Assembly (NCBI GenBank): GCA_951406725.2
Contig: OX597828.1
Coordinates: 36,890,001-36,954,000 of the forward strand
Length of the DNA stretch: 64,000 nt
Source of the DNA: Octopus vulgaris
Taxonomy: Eukaryota
Direction: 5' to 3'
Numbering within the stretch: position 1 is the stretch's first letter; each line of letters begins with the position of its first letter. Shown piece by piece: positions 41,430-55,686 of the stretch. Made by a program: the position numbers and the translations under genes. The notes below the pieces were generated by a model, which was not told the DNA's origin, did no database searches, and was given only the letters and a program-made list of their open reading frames with translations.

Positions 41430-42433
41430 TATACAGATACAGACACACACACACACACATATATATATGCATGCATATGTATGTGTGTATGTACGTATTT
41501 ATATATAAAACAGATTCACTAGTACGTTAATGTTCGCATGTATTCATTTGGAACACGCACACACATTCACACACACACACACACATATGCATACATATAC
41601 ACACACACATACACGCAAACACACACAATAGATACACCAATTACAGAAGGAAAATAATAATAACAGTTAAACTTTAAAGGACAACCAAACCTAAAACACA
41701 CATCTAAATGTGTTGACTAAATAGAAAAACACACGTAAACTTATCATCAAAAAAAAAAAAATTCATGAAAGAAGAAACGAAAAAAAAAAGGAATTACCTC
41801 CCTTCACACATACACTCTCCTCTTAAGATAAACTGACGTTTATTTAATGACCCGGTATTTGTGTTACCTTTGACAATCCCCCCCCCCGCCAAGCTAGTTC
41901 TACAATATGTCATGTTTTGATATCAGAAAAAAAAAAAGCAAGCGTCATTTTTCACAGCCCTGCCTCCACAATCTCTCTCTCTCTCTCTCGCCCCCACTCT
42001 TTCTCCTTCAGTCTCTGTTTCTAGCTTTTTCTCTGCCTATCTGTCGGGCCCTGTCTCTCTCACTTCTCTTCTCCCCCCTCTCTCTCTCTCTCACACACAC
42101 AATCGCCCTAGCCCCTCCTCTCTCACTCTCTCTTTCTCTCTCACTCAAACAGTCAATGTGTGTTTCTAGCTTGCTCTTCTTCTTCATCTTCATCATCATC
42201 ATCCTCTTCTTCTTCTTCTTCTTCTTCTTCTTCTTCTTCTTCTTCTTCTTCTTCTTCTTCTTCTTCTTCTTCTTCTTCTTCTTCTTCTTCTTGATCGTCA
42301 TTTTCATCATCCTCTTCTTCTTCTTCTTCTTCTTCTTCTTTTCTCTCTCTCTCCCTCTCTTTCACACATGCACACTATCTCCTTTTCTCTCAGTCACTTT
42401 CTCCTTCTCTCTCTCTCGCTCACACACACTCAC

Positions 42434-42481
<48 letters not shown>

Positions 42482-42867
42482 CACCATCTCCTGCTCCCCC
42501 CTTTCTCTCTTGCACTCCTTTATTCATTGTTTCACTGTGTTTCTCCTATACTCCACTCAGTCTCTCTATCACTCTCTCTTTACCTCACTCTTTCTAACAT
42601 TCTTCTTCTGTTTAGCTCACACACACACACGGTTTCTCTCTCTTCTCTCTTCCTTTCATTCTTCCGCACGCAACGTCTCTACTCGCACCATACCAAACAC
42701 ACGCGCACACCACACGCCACATTAACCCCCACCCCACACGTACATTCACTACTTGTTACTGATTCCCTCTCTGGTTGTCTCTCACACTCTACTTTCCCCC
42801 TCCCATCCTCTCACTCCTTCTCCACACTCTTACAAACATTTAATTCTCTCATTAACTCGTCACTTAC

Positions 42868-43021
42868 AGGTAAAACTTTTAACCCAAGGTGGAGATGGAG
42901 TCCGCGATGAATGAGGCACACGTCAGCTCCACTCGCTCGTTTCTTGTTATAAGATTTCATTCATATTGTTTATAACACTTAAGGGGACTTCAATCGAAAG
43001 TCAACGATTCTCTATTCATAT
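42868..43021 (-). other. Putative 154-nt host exon (probably non-coding or 5' UTR)
   Basis: Minus strand: TTCTTTTCCTTTTTGTTTTTTTTTTGTATTTTCAG| acceptor and CCT|GTAAGTG donor; stops in all three frames of the 5' part. Confidence 0.55.
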
Positions 43022-43100
43022 CTGAAAATACAAAAAAAAAAACAAAAAGGAAAAGAATAAGTTGTAGTAAAAAGTCGGGCACGCTTAAACACACACGCAC

Positions 43101-43194
<94 letters not shown>

Positions 43195-43266
43195 ACACGC
43201 ACTGATCCTGAAAAAAAACTGAAAATCTGTATAACGCAGCCAAATACGTACTAACACGTATGTACG

Positions 43267-43321
<55 letters not shown>

Positions 43322-43582
43322 CTCTATCTATCTGTGTGTATGTATGTATGTGTGCGTGCGTATGCGTGCGTGTGTGTGTGTGCGTGTGTGCATATATATA
43401 GTTATAAATACAAGCATATACATATACATATATGTGTGTGTGTGTGTGTGTATGCATGTTTGTATGTATATATATATATACGCATACATATACTCATATA
43501 CATACATGCATATCTATGTGTGTGTGCGTGCATATATAAGTATACTTATAAATACAATCATACACATACACACAAACACATA

Positions 43583-43691
<109 letters not shown>

Positions 43692-44042
43692 GCATGCATA
43701 TACATGCATATACATACATATATACATACATACATGCAAAGATGCACATATATATTTATATAACCCCACCGCAAACACACTCCCCCACACACATACATAT
43801 ATAAATACACGCATTCACAGACGTACTGCCATGTATAAACGATGGTGAGGCGTATCTCGAATCTGTTAAAACAATCTGTATCCTGACAGGCAGATGCAGA
43901 GAACGCAGGGATATTTACGTAAAGTTTCCTTTCTCAGCTGCATAGCAATTTCAAAGCTATTTCGTTTACCGATCCTTAACAAAAACAAAGTCAACGATAA
44001 CAACAATTGGAATAATAATTGCTTCTAATATTGGCACAAGGT

Positions 44043-45035
44043 AGGGCGACAAACAGGCAGAATCGTTAGCACGCTGGGCGAAATACTTAGCGGTATTTCG
44101 GAGTTCAAATGCCACCGGGGTCGTCTTTGTCTTTCATCGTTTCGGGGTCGATAAATTAAGTACCAGTTACGCACTGGGTTCGATGTAATCGACTTAATCC
44201 CTTCCCCCAAATTTTGGGTCTTGTGCGTTCAACAGAAAAGAATATTAGCTCCAGGTATTGATGTAGGGCAAGGGGAGTAACTGAATTAAAATCGGCCCCG
44301 AATTTGACTGTACTTCATTTTAAACGGTTCTGAAAGGCTGAAGCGCAAAGAATGAATTTTCGTAGAATTCGATTTCAGAAAACAAAGAAGCAGGAAAATA
44401 ACGCATTCTGTCATTCTGTTCGATTTTGTAACGATTCTGCCAATCCGCTGCTTTTATATACACTTCCGGATTAGACACAAGACTCAGAATTTGAAGTCGG
44501 AATTAGGTTAAGCCAATGATGTCGACCCCACTACTGGCTTGTTACTGTATTATATCGCTTTCGAAAGGATTAGAGGCATAGTTGGACCCGGCGTAATTCC
44601 AACTAGAAAGAAAGAAAGAAAGAACGAAAGAAAGGAAGAAAGAAATGAAAAGAGAAACGAAGAAATATAATAATCGTTTCTACTCTAGGCACAAGGCGCG
44701 AAACTTTTAGGGAGCGACCCAGTCGATTAGATCGACCCCAGTATGCAACTGGTACTTGATTTATCGACCCCGGAAAGATGAAAGGCAAAGTCGACCTCGG
44801 CGGAATGTGAACTCAGAACGTAAAGATAGACGAAATGCCTATTTCTTTACTACCCACAAGAGGCTAAACACAGAGAGGAAAAACAAGGACAGACAAACGG
44901 ATTAAGTTGATTATATCGACCCCAGTGCGTAACTAGTACTTATTTAATCGACCCCGAAAGGATGAAAGGCAAAGTCGACCCCGGCGGAATTTTAACTCAG
45001 AACGTAGCGGTAGACAAAATATCGCTAAACATTTC
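44043..45035. mobile_element. SINE family B copies (44043-44240 +; 44677-45035 -, dimeric)
   Basis: Family B consensus blocks. Confidence 0.8.
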
Positions 45036-45429
45036 TAGCATTTTTAAATTTATAACTATCGGAATATTATGTTGATAAGGAAATGAGTTTTATAACTCTA
45101 ATCCAGAAACGCGTCCATAATTAACCGAAGACTCTTTGATTTCATTATTTTCCTTCTTTTTTTTTTTTTTGCCTGTGTGAGTTAGAGAGAGGGTTGTCTG
45201 TGGAGTCATATTTTGTAGCGAAAAGAAATAACGGTCTTTTGGCTGCTATTTCTAAATTTTTCGGTATGTGGTCTAGCAACTTTTGTTAAACCCTGAATTA
45301 TTGTTATAATTATATCTAAAACTTCTTGTATAAGTTTTTACCGAATATGGTTCCTTTCCATACCGAAACTACTTGATGAAATTTATTAATTATAAATTAA
45401 TAATTTTTTTACCCTATATCTATAATAAA

Positions 45430-45493
<64 letters not shown>

Positions 45494-45547
45494 CATATAC
45501 AAACATACACACACACGTACACACACTCATACACACACGCATACACA

Positions 45548-47265
45548 TCTCCCTCTATATAAAACTGAGAATGTGTCTGTCTGTCTCTGTGCTTCTCATT
45601 CAAATTTTACACATGCCTTACTTAGGGTCCGGGGAGTGTCATCGGCAAAATTTTTTTAAACTTTTTGCCTAGGGCGAGCCCACAGCAATATCCTATCTTC
45701 TCCACTACGTTTCCATAAAACTTGAGAACTACATAACCAATTTCATTCAAATTTTACACATGCCTTACTTAGGGTCCATGTAGTTTCATGGGTAAAAAAA
45801 TGTTCAACTTCTTGCCTAGAGCGAGCCCATAGCAACATCATATCTTCTCCACTATTTCAGTATTACGTGTTAAAAGGGAAACAAAAACATTTCTCTATTT
45901 TATGTCAGATACTTTCACTTTAACAATAAAAATTAGAGATTATAATAACAATTGAATTATATGTAGTAAGTAATAATCAAAATCAAACTAAAGTATAATA
46001 TAATAATTAAATCGTAACATAACAATTAAAAGTAAAAATAGCAATTGGTATAAAATTGCATCAATGACTTGAACTTGAATAAGTGGTCTCACATGAATGG
46101 GAATAAATTAAAAATAAAATTAATGCGCAGAAATGGAATAGTCCGGATGGAGCTGTGCACATACCCTTTAGCACGGCTTTTACATTAGATTATCTGCTAA
46201 TTAGCTAGCATTAAGTATCTATATGAAGTTTGGCTATATGTAACGTCTGTTTTTTCGAACAGCCGCTTCTACTGAATACTGCTGTTGGTTTATTTCTTAT
46301 ACATAAAGGACTATTGCTTCAACTGCGTACTGCTTTTTGATTCACCGTAAGGTTTGTTGTTATTATTATTACTGTTTAACTATTGTTATCATGTTTGTTG
46401 GTTCCTCGTAAGGGAAACGTTGTTGTGTTGCATTTGTTAAATAATTGTAAACTGTAACCCTCCCCCTTTGTTTAAAAATTGAATTGTGTCCCTGTTTGGG
46501 GAAATTGACAATATTTTCACCGTTTATACGGAAGCATTTTTGTTAAAATACCTTCGATAGAAGAAAGTCCAAAAATGAATTTCGCTGCAGCCGTCGGCGG
46601 GCGCGAACTCATTAAAATTAAAATGGAAGTATTACAAACCTATTTCGGATTGATCACCGACAAAGACGGTGAATCTAGGATAACACCACCAAACGAAATA
46701 AAAAATTAAATTAAAGAAAAGACTATTGTCTACAAAGCATACAATGTAGAGAAAAAAAAAGATTTGAACACCTGGAGGAAAGCACCATCGAAAAGTGTTT
46801 TGGTGCGACTATGAAAGATATCAAGTATCTAACCAGAGGCGGTAAATTCGCCACAATAGAAGCATGGTTCGAGTCAACGGAGCGTGCAAGGGAGTACTCG
46901 ACTCGAACCTTGCAAAGTGGAAATATTTTATTTTTACCTTTATATCTGAGAAGTAGGACGTCCCGGATAAAAATTAAAAATGTCCCCCCAGAAGTAGAGG
47001 TAGGCTGGATTGTAGCCACACTTCTATACAAGAGGGAGGACAAGATACAATTGATCGAAATTGCAAGAGACGGGCCTACAATTCCAGTCTGTTATGTATT
47101 TTGAGTATTGTTATCACTAGCGATATCAAGATATAACTTTGTATTTTGTATTTTATGTGTAGACGTATATATATATAGATGTACATGTAATATGTTCACA
47201 TATTATATATACACATATATACATGCACTAGCACTATGACTCGGCAACGCCGGGTTATAACGCTA

Positions 47266-47266
<1 letters not shown>
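45548..47266 (+). mobile_element. Non-autonomous Helitron carrying an internal foreign fragment
   Basis: A|TC..TATATAAAACTGAGAATGTGTCTGTCTG start; CTCGGCAACGCCGGG hairpin and CTAG|T end, similar to 12408-12806; internal ~145-bp tandem repeat (45595-45860). Confidence 0.75.
46575..47075 (+). pseudogene. LINE (L1/Tx1-like) ORF1 N-terminal fragment
   Basis: MNFAAAVGG..., one stop and a frameshift, then YLTRGGKFATIEAWF..RIKIKNVPPEVEVGWIVATL, an RRM-like ORF1 pattern; recognised by motif resemblance only. Confidence 0.5.
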
Positions 47267-47331
<65 letters not shown>

Positions 47332-47809
47332 GAACTTTAGCCAATGTGTCAAGGTGACATGTTTTAACTTCTCATCTCAAGTTCACTGCAGTTACCGCCG
47401 CCGAGAACAAATTTTCGTTTGCCTCTAGCGTCTAGTGGGTTTCCAGATGTCTGTTTCTGGCTCTTTAGCTTCGTTCAATGGGAAATATGGAAGAGAGATA
47501 ACTCTGGGCAGATTCGAACTTTAACCCTAGGAGGAAACGAACTTTAGTTAAAATATGTTTGTGGTATATTTTAATTTCTAAAGGCAAGTTCACTGCAGTT
47601 GCCGCAGAGAAAAATTCTCTCTTACGGTAAAATGTGATGATATTTTTTCAAATGCAAGAAATGACTGAATCATTACAAGTATCAGCAACATATCAGAAAC
47701 GTTTCCACACGAGTTGAAAACAACGAACGGAGACAAACATAAGTATACATATACCTACCTACCTACCTATATCCCGTTACTACCTACATACAGATATCTA
47801 TGTATATTC

Positions 47810-48100
47810 TTTTCTACTCTGGGCACAAGGCCCGAAATTTTTGGGGAGGTGGTCCAGTCAATTAGATCGATCCCCAGTATGTAACTGGTGCTTAATTTAT
47901 CGACCCCGAAAGGATAAAAGGCAAAGTCGACCTCGGCGGAATTTGAACTCAGAACGTAAAGACAGACGAAATACCGCTAAGCATTTCGCCTTTCATCATT
48001 TCGGGGCCGATAAAATAAATATCAGTCGAACACTGTGGTCGCTTTAATAGGCTTACCCCTCCCCCAAATCGGCTGGCGTTGTACCAAAATTAGAATCCAA
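47810..48100. mobile_element. SINE family B pieces in opposite orientations
   Basis: Family B consensus blocks. Confidence 0.75.
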
Positions 48101-48847
48101 TAAGTTTGTTAAACATGCAAACGGTTGTTTGCTTGTCAAAGTCCTTTCATCGCAGTCCCTGACCTCATCAATGGCATGTCCCCTCTCTTCGAGGTCAGAC
48201 CTCTTTAAAGTCAAATCCTGGAACAATAAAGATGTGATATTGAACCAGTGCGTGTATTTAGTATTATTGGCGTAGTGACCCTCCAATGACAAAGCAAGAT
48301 TTGTTTTAACACACGAATTCACATCAAGAAGCTTGCAAACGAAATGCAACAACGAATCAAAATATATTCTATTTCCCCTTTTACTACTGTATGTCCAATG
48401 AATTCGAGCAGCTTCCTTCATGTCGAAGACATGAAAATTTTCCTTTTTGATCAGGAAGCCGTAGCTATTTCCCCAACTCCATAACACCGTACAAGAAACT
48501 TGGACGTGAGAGCGTTTCGTTGGTATCTTATCAAGTGAATAGAGTAATCTCACTTCCCTTGCTTTATATTAAACGCCGTTCTTACTATGGATGGAATGAT
48601 GATGTTCTTTTAGTCTAAGGCAGTGGTTCTCAACCATTTTTCGCCAATGGATCTCCTGAATTCCTATTTTGCTCAGAGGATGGGATACCCATAACCATTC
48701 AATGCCTGAAAACTCCAATTGTATTTTTATGATTAAATATTATTAGGTGCCTTGTCATTGGATTTGGTAGACGGAAATTGAAAGAAGCCCGTCGTATATA
48801 TATATATATATATATATATACATACATACATACATATATATATACAT

Positions 48848-48882
<35 letters not shown>

Positions 48883-48935
48883 CATATACATACATATATA
48901 TATATACATATACATACATACATATATATATACAT

Positions 48936-48968
<33 letters not shown>

Positions 48969-48971
48969 CAT

Positions 48972-49003
<32 letters not shown>

Positions 49004-49846
49004 GCTTCTGTGTCAGTGTTTGTCCCCACACCATCACTTGACAACCGATGTTGGTGTGTTTATGTCTCCGTAACTTATCGGTTCAACACATGGTCATGGG
49101 TTCGATTTATGAATCAGGCAACGCATTTTGTCCTTGAACAAGGCACTTAATGTCACATTGTTCTCGTGAAATCAGTTGAGAATGAGCACCAGCCCAGTGT
49201 TGGTGTAGCTCTATCTCCACCATCATCAGCCTCCTCATCTTGAGTTGAATAAATTTATCTAACACTGCACCCTCAACACTTCTCAATCAGCTTATACGTC
49301 ACCGACATCAACTTATACGTCACCAACACCACCATCACCATCGTGGCTACCCACCTGTCTCACCAGTACCAACATCCTCCTACACCGCCATCAATACCGC
49401 TAATCGTAAACGCTATTATATTTTTAGCTGAAAAATGTCAGTAAGATTTTTATCAAGTATATGAGAAGAATGGATAAATAAATTATATTTCGAACTTGTT
49501 CCAACAAAAATAGCGAAGCGTGAAAAAAATGAAAAGAACAAAAGAAAAAAAACCTCCCAGAACAAAACAAACAAACAAATATGTAAGCCTCAAAAAATGA
49601 AAAGAAGGAAAAGAAACTCTTTAATTTAAATACACAGAAGAAAGGAACTAGATAACACAATCGCACACACACACACACACACACACGCACACACACACAC
49701 ACACACAAGCATATATACGAAAACATACATACATACACATATACATACAAACACACATACAAACACACATATAGAAGGCACACATACATATACACATGCA
49801 CATATATATATATATATATATATTATATATGTGTATATATATATTA

Positions 49847-49894
<48 letters not shown>

Positions 49895-50031
49895 GATATC
49901 ATATATATATATACATATCATATATGTATATATATATATGTATATATGTATGTATATATATTTATATATATATATATGTATCTAAATATGAATATATGTA
50001 TGTATATATGTATGTATACGTATATGTATAC

Positions 50032-50062
<31 letters not shown>

Positions 50063-50107
50063 CACATACATATACATGTATATATATATATACATAGATA
50101 CACACAT

Positions 50108-50140
<33 letters not shown>

Positions 50141-50834
50141 CATATATACATAATGCACATACTTACATAAACACACACATATGTGTAATATTTCAAAATA
50201 TATTGAAAGAGCAGACATTTTAAGTGAAACAGGCTTGGATTGCCTGCTGAAGGGAAAGAAACCTGTGACTCGGACTATTGCAATTATGAGCCTATCCTCT
50301 ATGTTGTATGAAAGAGAACTCTATACTTACGTGTTGAGTTCTGTAATCTATCATTCCTCGATCAATCCAACTAAGATTTACTCACACATCTATCGCATAT
50401 CACAAATTACAGCCCTGGTTTTCATTATAAGATGAACTTCGGCGCCGCCTGAATGAAAGCACACGGCGTGGGACGCTGAATGGCGACTGTTTATTGGCCT
50501 GGATTAGATTGGATTGCCAATGTCCAGTCCACTGCAGCACGGAAGCCTGAGCAATTTCTCTCGATCAACCATGGTCCTATATGGAGGCCGTGAACCGTGA
50601 ATTTGAGCTTGAGATCGAACTGGTTTGATGAGTCTACTCTGCCACACTGGTTCAACATGGCTTGACAGAGTGATGCAGTTTTTGTTTTTATACTCTCACC
50701 ATAAATGCTGGTATCGAACCCGAAAAGGTGAAAAAGCAAAGTCGATCTCGGAGAAATTTGAACACAGAACGGCATGCTAACGATTCTGCCAGTTCGGCGC
50801 CTCCCTCTCCCCTCTCTCTATATATATATTTCAT

Positions 50835-50926
<92 letters not shown>

Positions 50927-50958
50927 TTATCTATCTGTCTGTCTGTCTGTCTGTCTAA

Positions 50959-51042
<84 letters not shown>

Positions 51043-51839
51043 ATCTATGTACACAGCTTATGCACTAAGAGGAATATGAACAAGAATGACTCTTTTTCGG
51101 GGTGAAATACTTTCACTATGCGCTTTCTCTGTCTCTGCTTTTCCTTCCGTAAAGTAAATATCAAAAGAGAGCCTACCAGGTCGAAATAACAACTGAATAT
51201 AACTACGAAGAATTCTGCTTTTGAAGCGAAAGAAAAAGAAAGATGAATTAGATGTATGAATAAACATATTACATATTTTTATTCCTTTCACTTCACTGGC
51301 GGAATAACATGGATTCGTAGCAAGAAAACTATCTCTCTTGTTATGGAAATCAAATGAAGAGCCAATCGACGTAAAAAATTTAATTTTCTAATCTGACTTT
51401 TTCTGCACAATATTTTTCTACATTTTCTAACGTACAACGAAGGATATGAAATACTTTCACTGTATACTTCCCATACGCCACCTTCTCCTTCAGAACAGTA
51501 AATAATTTCATGTAATCTAATTAATGGACACTACTGTCCTTTGTTACTCTGCACTGACGAGATACACTGAGATCAAAATAGCAGCTGATTACAATAGGAA
51601 GGATTCTGCTGATGAAATGAAAGTAACAGAAAAATGTATAGAATTAAATTAATGCATTAAGATATATATTTAATTCCTTCAACTTCTCTGACGGAAAAAA
51701 AATAGATTCATATGAAGAAAATTCTCTTTGGTTGGAAATTAGATAGTGAACCAATCGATAAAAAAGATTACAATGCTAAATACATAAATACATATGCATA
51801 TATGTGTATGTATATTTATACACACGCACACACAAATAT

Positions 51840-51888
<49 letters not shown>

Positions 51889-52510
51889 TATATGTATGCA
51901 TACATACATACACACACATACATATTAACATACATACATGCATACATGTACACACACATATATTTAATTAGAGGACATGTTAGCCTCATGAAGAGATGGT
52001 TGCATGCAAGGAAATTCTGGTTCAATACCTAGTACTGTTGGGGAATGAAATTTCCTTAAAACAATAAGTATATATTAAGCATATAGTTTGTATCCAGTTG
52101 AAAGAAGAAAAGAAAATGGAGATAAGGAAGTTAACAATTATTTATTATTAAAGAAGATGAGCAATTTGTTGATAATAAATAATTTACCAATTTGTAAATG
52201 TTTACTCGAGGCACAAGGCCCGAAATTTTGGGGGAGGGGGCCATTCGATTACATCGACTGCAGTATGCAACTGGTACTTAATTTATCAACCCCGAAGGAT
52301 ATAAAGCAAAGTCGACATCGGCAGAATTTGAACTCAGAACATAAAGACAGGTGAAATATCGGCATGACTGTTCTATGATTAGGCATATAAACAGAAGATA
52401 CTAACAGTTGACAAAGTCTTATGATAAATAGTTATGAAATATTTGGAAGATTCAGATTAATTTGGTAGCCATGTTTTTCCAGATAAACTTTGTAGGTCAA
52501 CATTGTTCTA

Positions 52511-53774
52511 TTGGGTTGGCAACTAAGTTCCCGCAGTTTTTAAAAATTTTAGAATCTATTTCTTTTTCGAGAATTCTATTTTTGAATAATTTTGGAATCT
52601 ATTTTACTTTTTCTAGTTAATTTTAGTCAATATTTGTTTATTTTCAGATCATTAACATGGAATGTCAAGTTTAAGAAAAACGAGCATTTTCGACACCTCC
52701 TTCGTTTTGCTTTTAATCAAGGTTCTAAGGCCGCAAAAGCTGCTCGCGACATTTGTGCTGTGTATGGAGAGGGTGCCATAGTTGAAAGAACCGCTCGTGA
52801 TTGGTATGCCAAATTCAATAATGGAAATTTTGACCTCAAAGATTCACCTCGTTTTATGGTGAGTTCGATGAAGAGCGATTAAACCAACTTTTGCACGAAA
52901 ATTCTTGTTAAACGGCAAGAGAACTGGCCGAGAAAATGGAATGCTCCCACACTATTATAGAGAAGCATCTTCACTCGATGGGAAAGGTTCAAAAGTATGG
53001 AGCATGGGTTACGCATGCTTTAAGTGACAACAACAAAAATCAACGAGCCACAATCTCCGTTGGTTTGCTTGCTCGTCACAGCTCAAAACATGGACACAAG
53101 AAACGATTTATTTATCGAATCGTTATTGGCGACAGAAAATGGTGCCTGTACATCAATATGAAGCAACGTAAGAAATGGCTTAGACCCGGTAAACAAGCGA
53201 CACCGCACGTGAAACAAGATCTTCATCCGCGTAAAACGATGTTGTGCGTTTGGTGGGACTGGAAAGGGATTATCAGTTACGAATTGCTTGAACGGAACCA
53301 AACGGTCAACGCGGAACTCTATGGTCAACAGATGGAACGACTCAACACGGCTATTCAAGAGAAAAGACCTAATCGTCAGCATGGAATTCTTCTGTTGCAC
53401 GACAACGCCCGCCCTCATATCGCCAGTATGACCAAAGAAGCCATTCAAATACATGGTTGGGAAGTGCTGCTACACCCACCGTACTCTCCTGATTTGGCAC
53501 CAGCGGATTTCCACCGCTTTCTATCTCTTTCAAATGCTATGCGCAGAGTTTCTTTCAATACTGATGCAGAATTGAGAGCTTGGTTGGATCAATTTTTCGG
53601 GTCGAAATCGGGTGATTTCTACCAACGAGGTATTGAAAATAATTTTCAACGTTGGGAAAAAATTTGTAAACAAAAATGGTGAATACATTATTGAATAAAT
53701 AGTTATTTTTTTTTATTAAACCTTATAAAAAATTTAAACTTAAAAAAACGACGGGAACTTAGTTGCCAACCTAA
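52511..53774 (+). mobile_element. Full-length mariner transposon (mellifera-subfamily-like TIR), TA target duplication
   Basis: TA|TTGGGTTGGCAACTAAGTTCCCG..CGGGAACTTAGTTGCCAACCTAA|TA; length ~1.26 kb. Confidence 0.95.
52657..53698 (+). pseudogene. Mariner D,D34D transposase with frameshifts and a stop
   Basis: HTH region HFRHLL..AARDIC.VYG, WVTHAL, IGDRKW, HDNARPH, YSPDLAPADF; ORF pieces 52592-52882 and 52936-53682. Confidence 0.92.
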
Positions 53775-53879
53775 TAGTTGGCAACTATTAGGTTGAGAGG
53801 ATCAGTCATGTCAAGCGTAACAACATGGCTTATGTAGTAATTACACAGAGTGAGTTCATATTCTTTGTTTTTCTTTTCT

Positions 53880-54275
53880 TTTCTACTCTAGGCACAAGTC
53901 CCGAAAATTGTGGGGAAGAGGCCAGTTAATTAGATCGACCCCAGTACGCAACTGGTACTTAATTTATCGACCCCGAAAGGACGAAAGGCAAAGTTGGCCT
54001 AGGTGAAATTTGAACTCAGAACATAAAGACAGACGAAATACCTATTTCTTTACTACCCACGAGGGGCTAAACACAGAGGGGACAAACAAGGACAGGAACA
54101 CGGATTAAGTCGATTATATCGACCCCAGTGCGTAACTGGTACTTATTTAATCGACCCCGAAAGGATGAAAGGCAAAGTCGACCACGGCGGAATTTGAACT
54201 CAGAACGTAGCGGCTGACGAAATACCGCTAAGCATTTCGCCCGGCGTGCTAACGTTTTTGCCAGCTCGCCGCCTT
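53880..54275 (-). mobile_element. SINE family B, dimeric full length
   Basis: Head GGCGGCGAGCTGGCAAAAACGTTAGCACG at 54275 followed by two core units. Confidence 0.85.
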
Positions 54276-54414
54276 GCGTGATTTTATACTGTGCTAGCGC
54301 TTGCGTTAAGGAGCATATATATGCATACGTGCATACACGTTTATACACAAAACCTTGTCGATAAACCACATATATATATATCAAAATAAGCAACAGGATA
54401 TCCAGAGGTGATGC

Positions 54415-54495
54415 AGTACGACCGTTTCAAGCGAATTCATTTAACTGAACAATGCAATTATTACATCAATTTAAATGCAGGGTTATCCTCAGTTG
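54415..54495 (-). ncRNA. Hammerhead-like motif with long stem II
   Basis: Minus strand CTGAGGA ... CATTTAA/TTAAATG and ATGTAAT/ATTGCAT pairing ... GAAAC-G-GTC-GTA; stem I poor. Confidence 0.45.
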
Positions 54496-54719
54496 CATAA
54501 ATAAATAAATAAAATTTTTTAAGTCAGTGGACACATTAATTTAGTTTTACTTAAATATTCTAATAGAGTAAGAAGACAGACAAAGTCCATACTGCTAGCA
54601 CTTCAACTTCGAAGTTTCTAAGACACCAGGAAAAAATTTGTTGGGGTCATTGCTTGTAATGGATTTTAGTTCAGTTTTAATTTATTAGTCTTGTTTATCA
54701 ATTACCAAATCTAAGACTA

Positions 54720-55577
54720 GACAATTGTGGCTTCAACGGTACGGGCGGCTGTACCGTTGGCATGCTTCGTTGGGCAACAATAACAATTGCTTTGACAATA
54801 GACCTCGTCGTTTGGCGCGAATTGCTGGTTTTAGTCTGTCAACCAGCATTTCGCTGTATGTAGCCTACACTGATGACTGTAGACCCCTTTTCCAATCGAT
54901 GTTCCAGTATAAGTCCTTTAACGCCCCCAAATCGGTTAGCATCACTTTTTCTGCAGCATGCTGCATGTTGAATTTCTTTTTCGCCAGCATTTCTGGGTGT
55001 TCCCACTACAAACTCTGCTCTTTGGATTATGGCCCAAAGTGTTGAACCCATGACTCATCTTTTCTGAATGTTCTCTCCCCAAAACGAATAAATGTTGACA
55101 TTTCTCCACATGATTACGCTTATTAACTCCCTTAAGCTTTCCTGGCACCATCTTCCATAGACATAGACACGAAGCTTGTCGTGGAAAATTTCATACGCAG
55201 AACCATAATTGATTTATAGAGAAAATGCCACCTCATAGCTGGTCACTTGTTGCTTCACCATAACCATCTCTCCAGGCTACTAAATCTTCACGTTAGTGGT
55301 TGAGTTTCATGAGTGTCATGCTCCCACTTGGAGCATCACCCTTGTCCAGCCATTTTTCAAATTCTCGATTTTGACACTCCCTTCAGACCAGGAGAATCGG
55401 ATCACTGGTCTCCTTTCTTCCTTGGTATACGCATCCATCAGAGCTGCCATGATCACTTTGTAACACAAGAAATAAAACAGGTGATCAAGCCTAGATTACT
55501 AACCAAGTGAGTACCGCATTCTATGCTACACAAATGACTGATATAATTCAATAGTGCTTCAAATGCGGACGACAAGT
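54720..55577 (-). mobile_element. Decayed mariner transposon (third lineage)
   Basis: MAALMDAYTKEERRPVIRFSWSEG from 55450; GSAYEIFHDKL, VPGKL (WVPxxL-like), DESWVQHF.P.SKEQS..WEHP..KKKF..AEKVML. Confidence 0.8.
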
Positions 55578-55612
55578 TATATATATATATATGTAGGTAT
55601 ATATATATATAC

Positions 55613-55686
<74 letters not shown>

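Noticed and set aside
48053-48553. 166-aa minus-strand ORF
   Set aside because: No recognisable domain, non-ATG start, and it ends inside a SINE; only a sub-segment is kept as a weak exon candidate.
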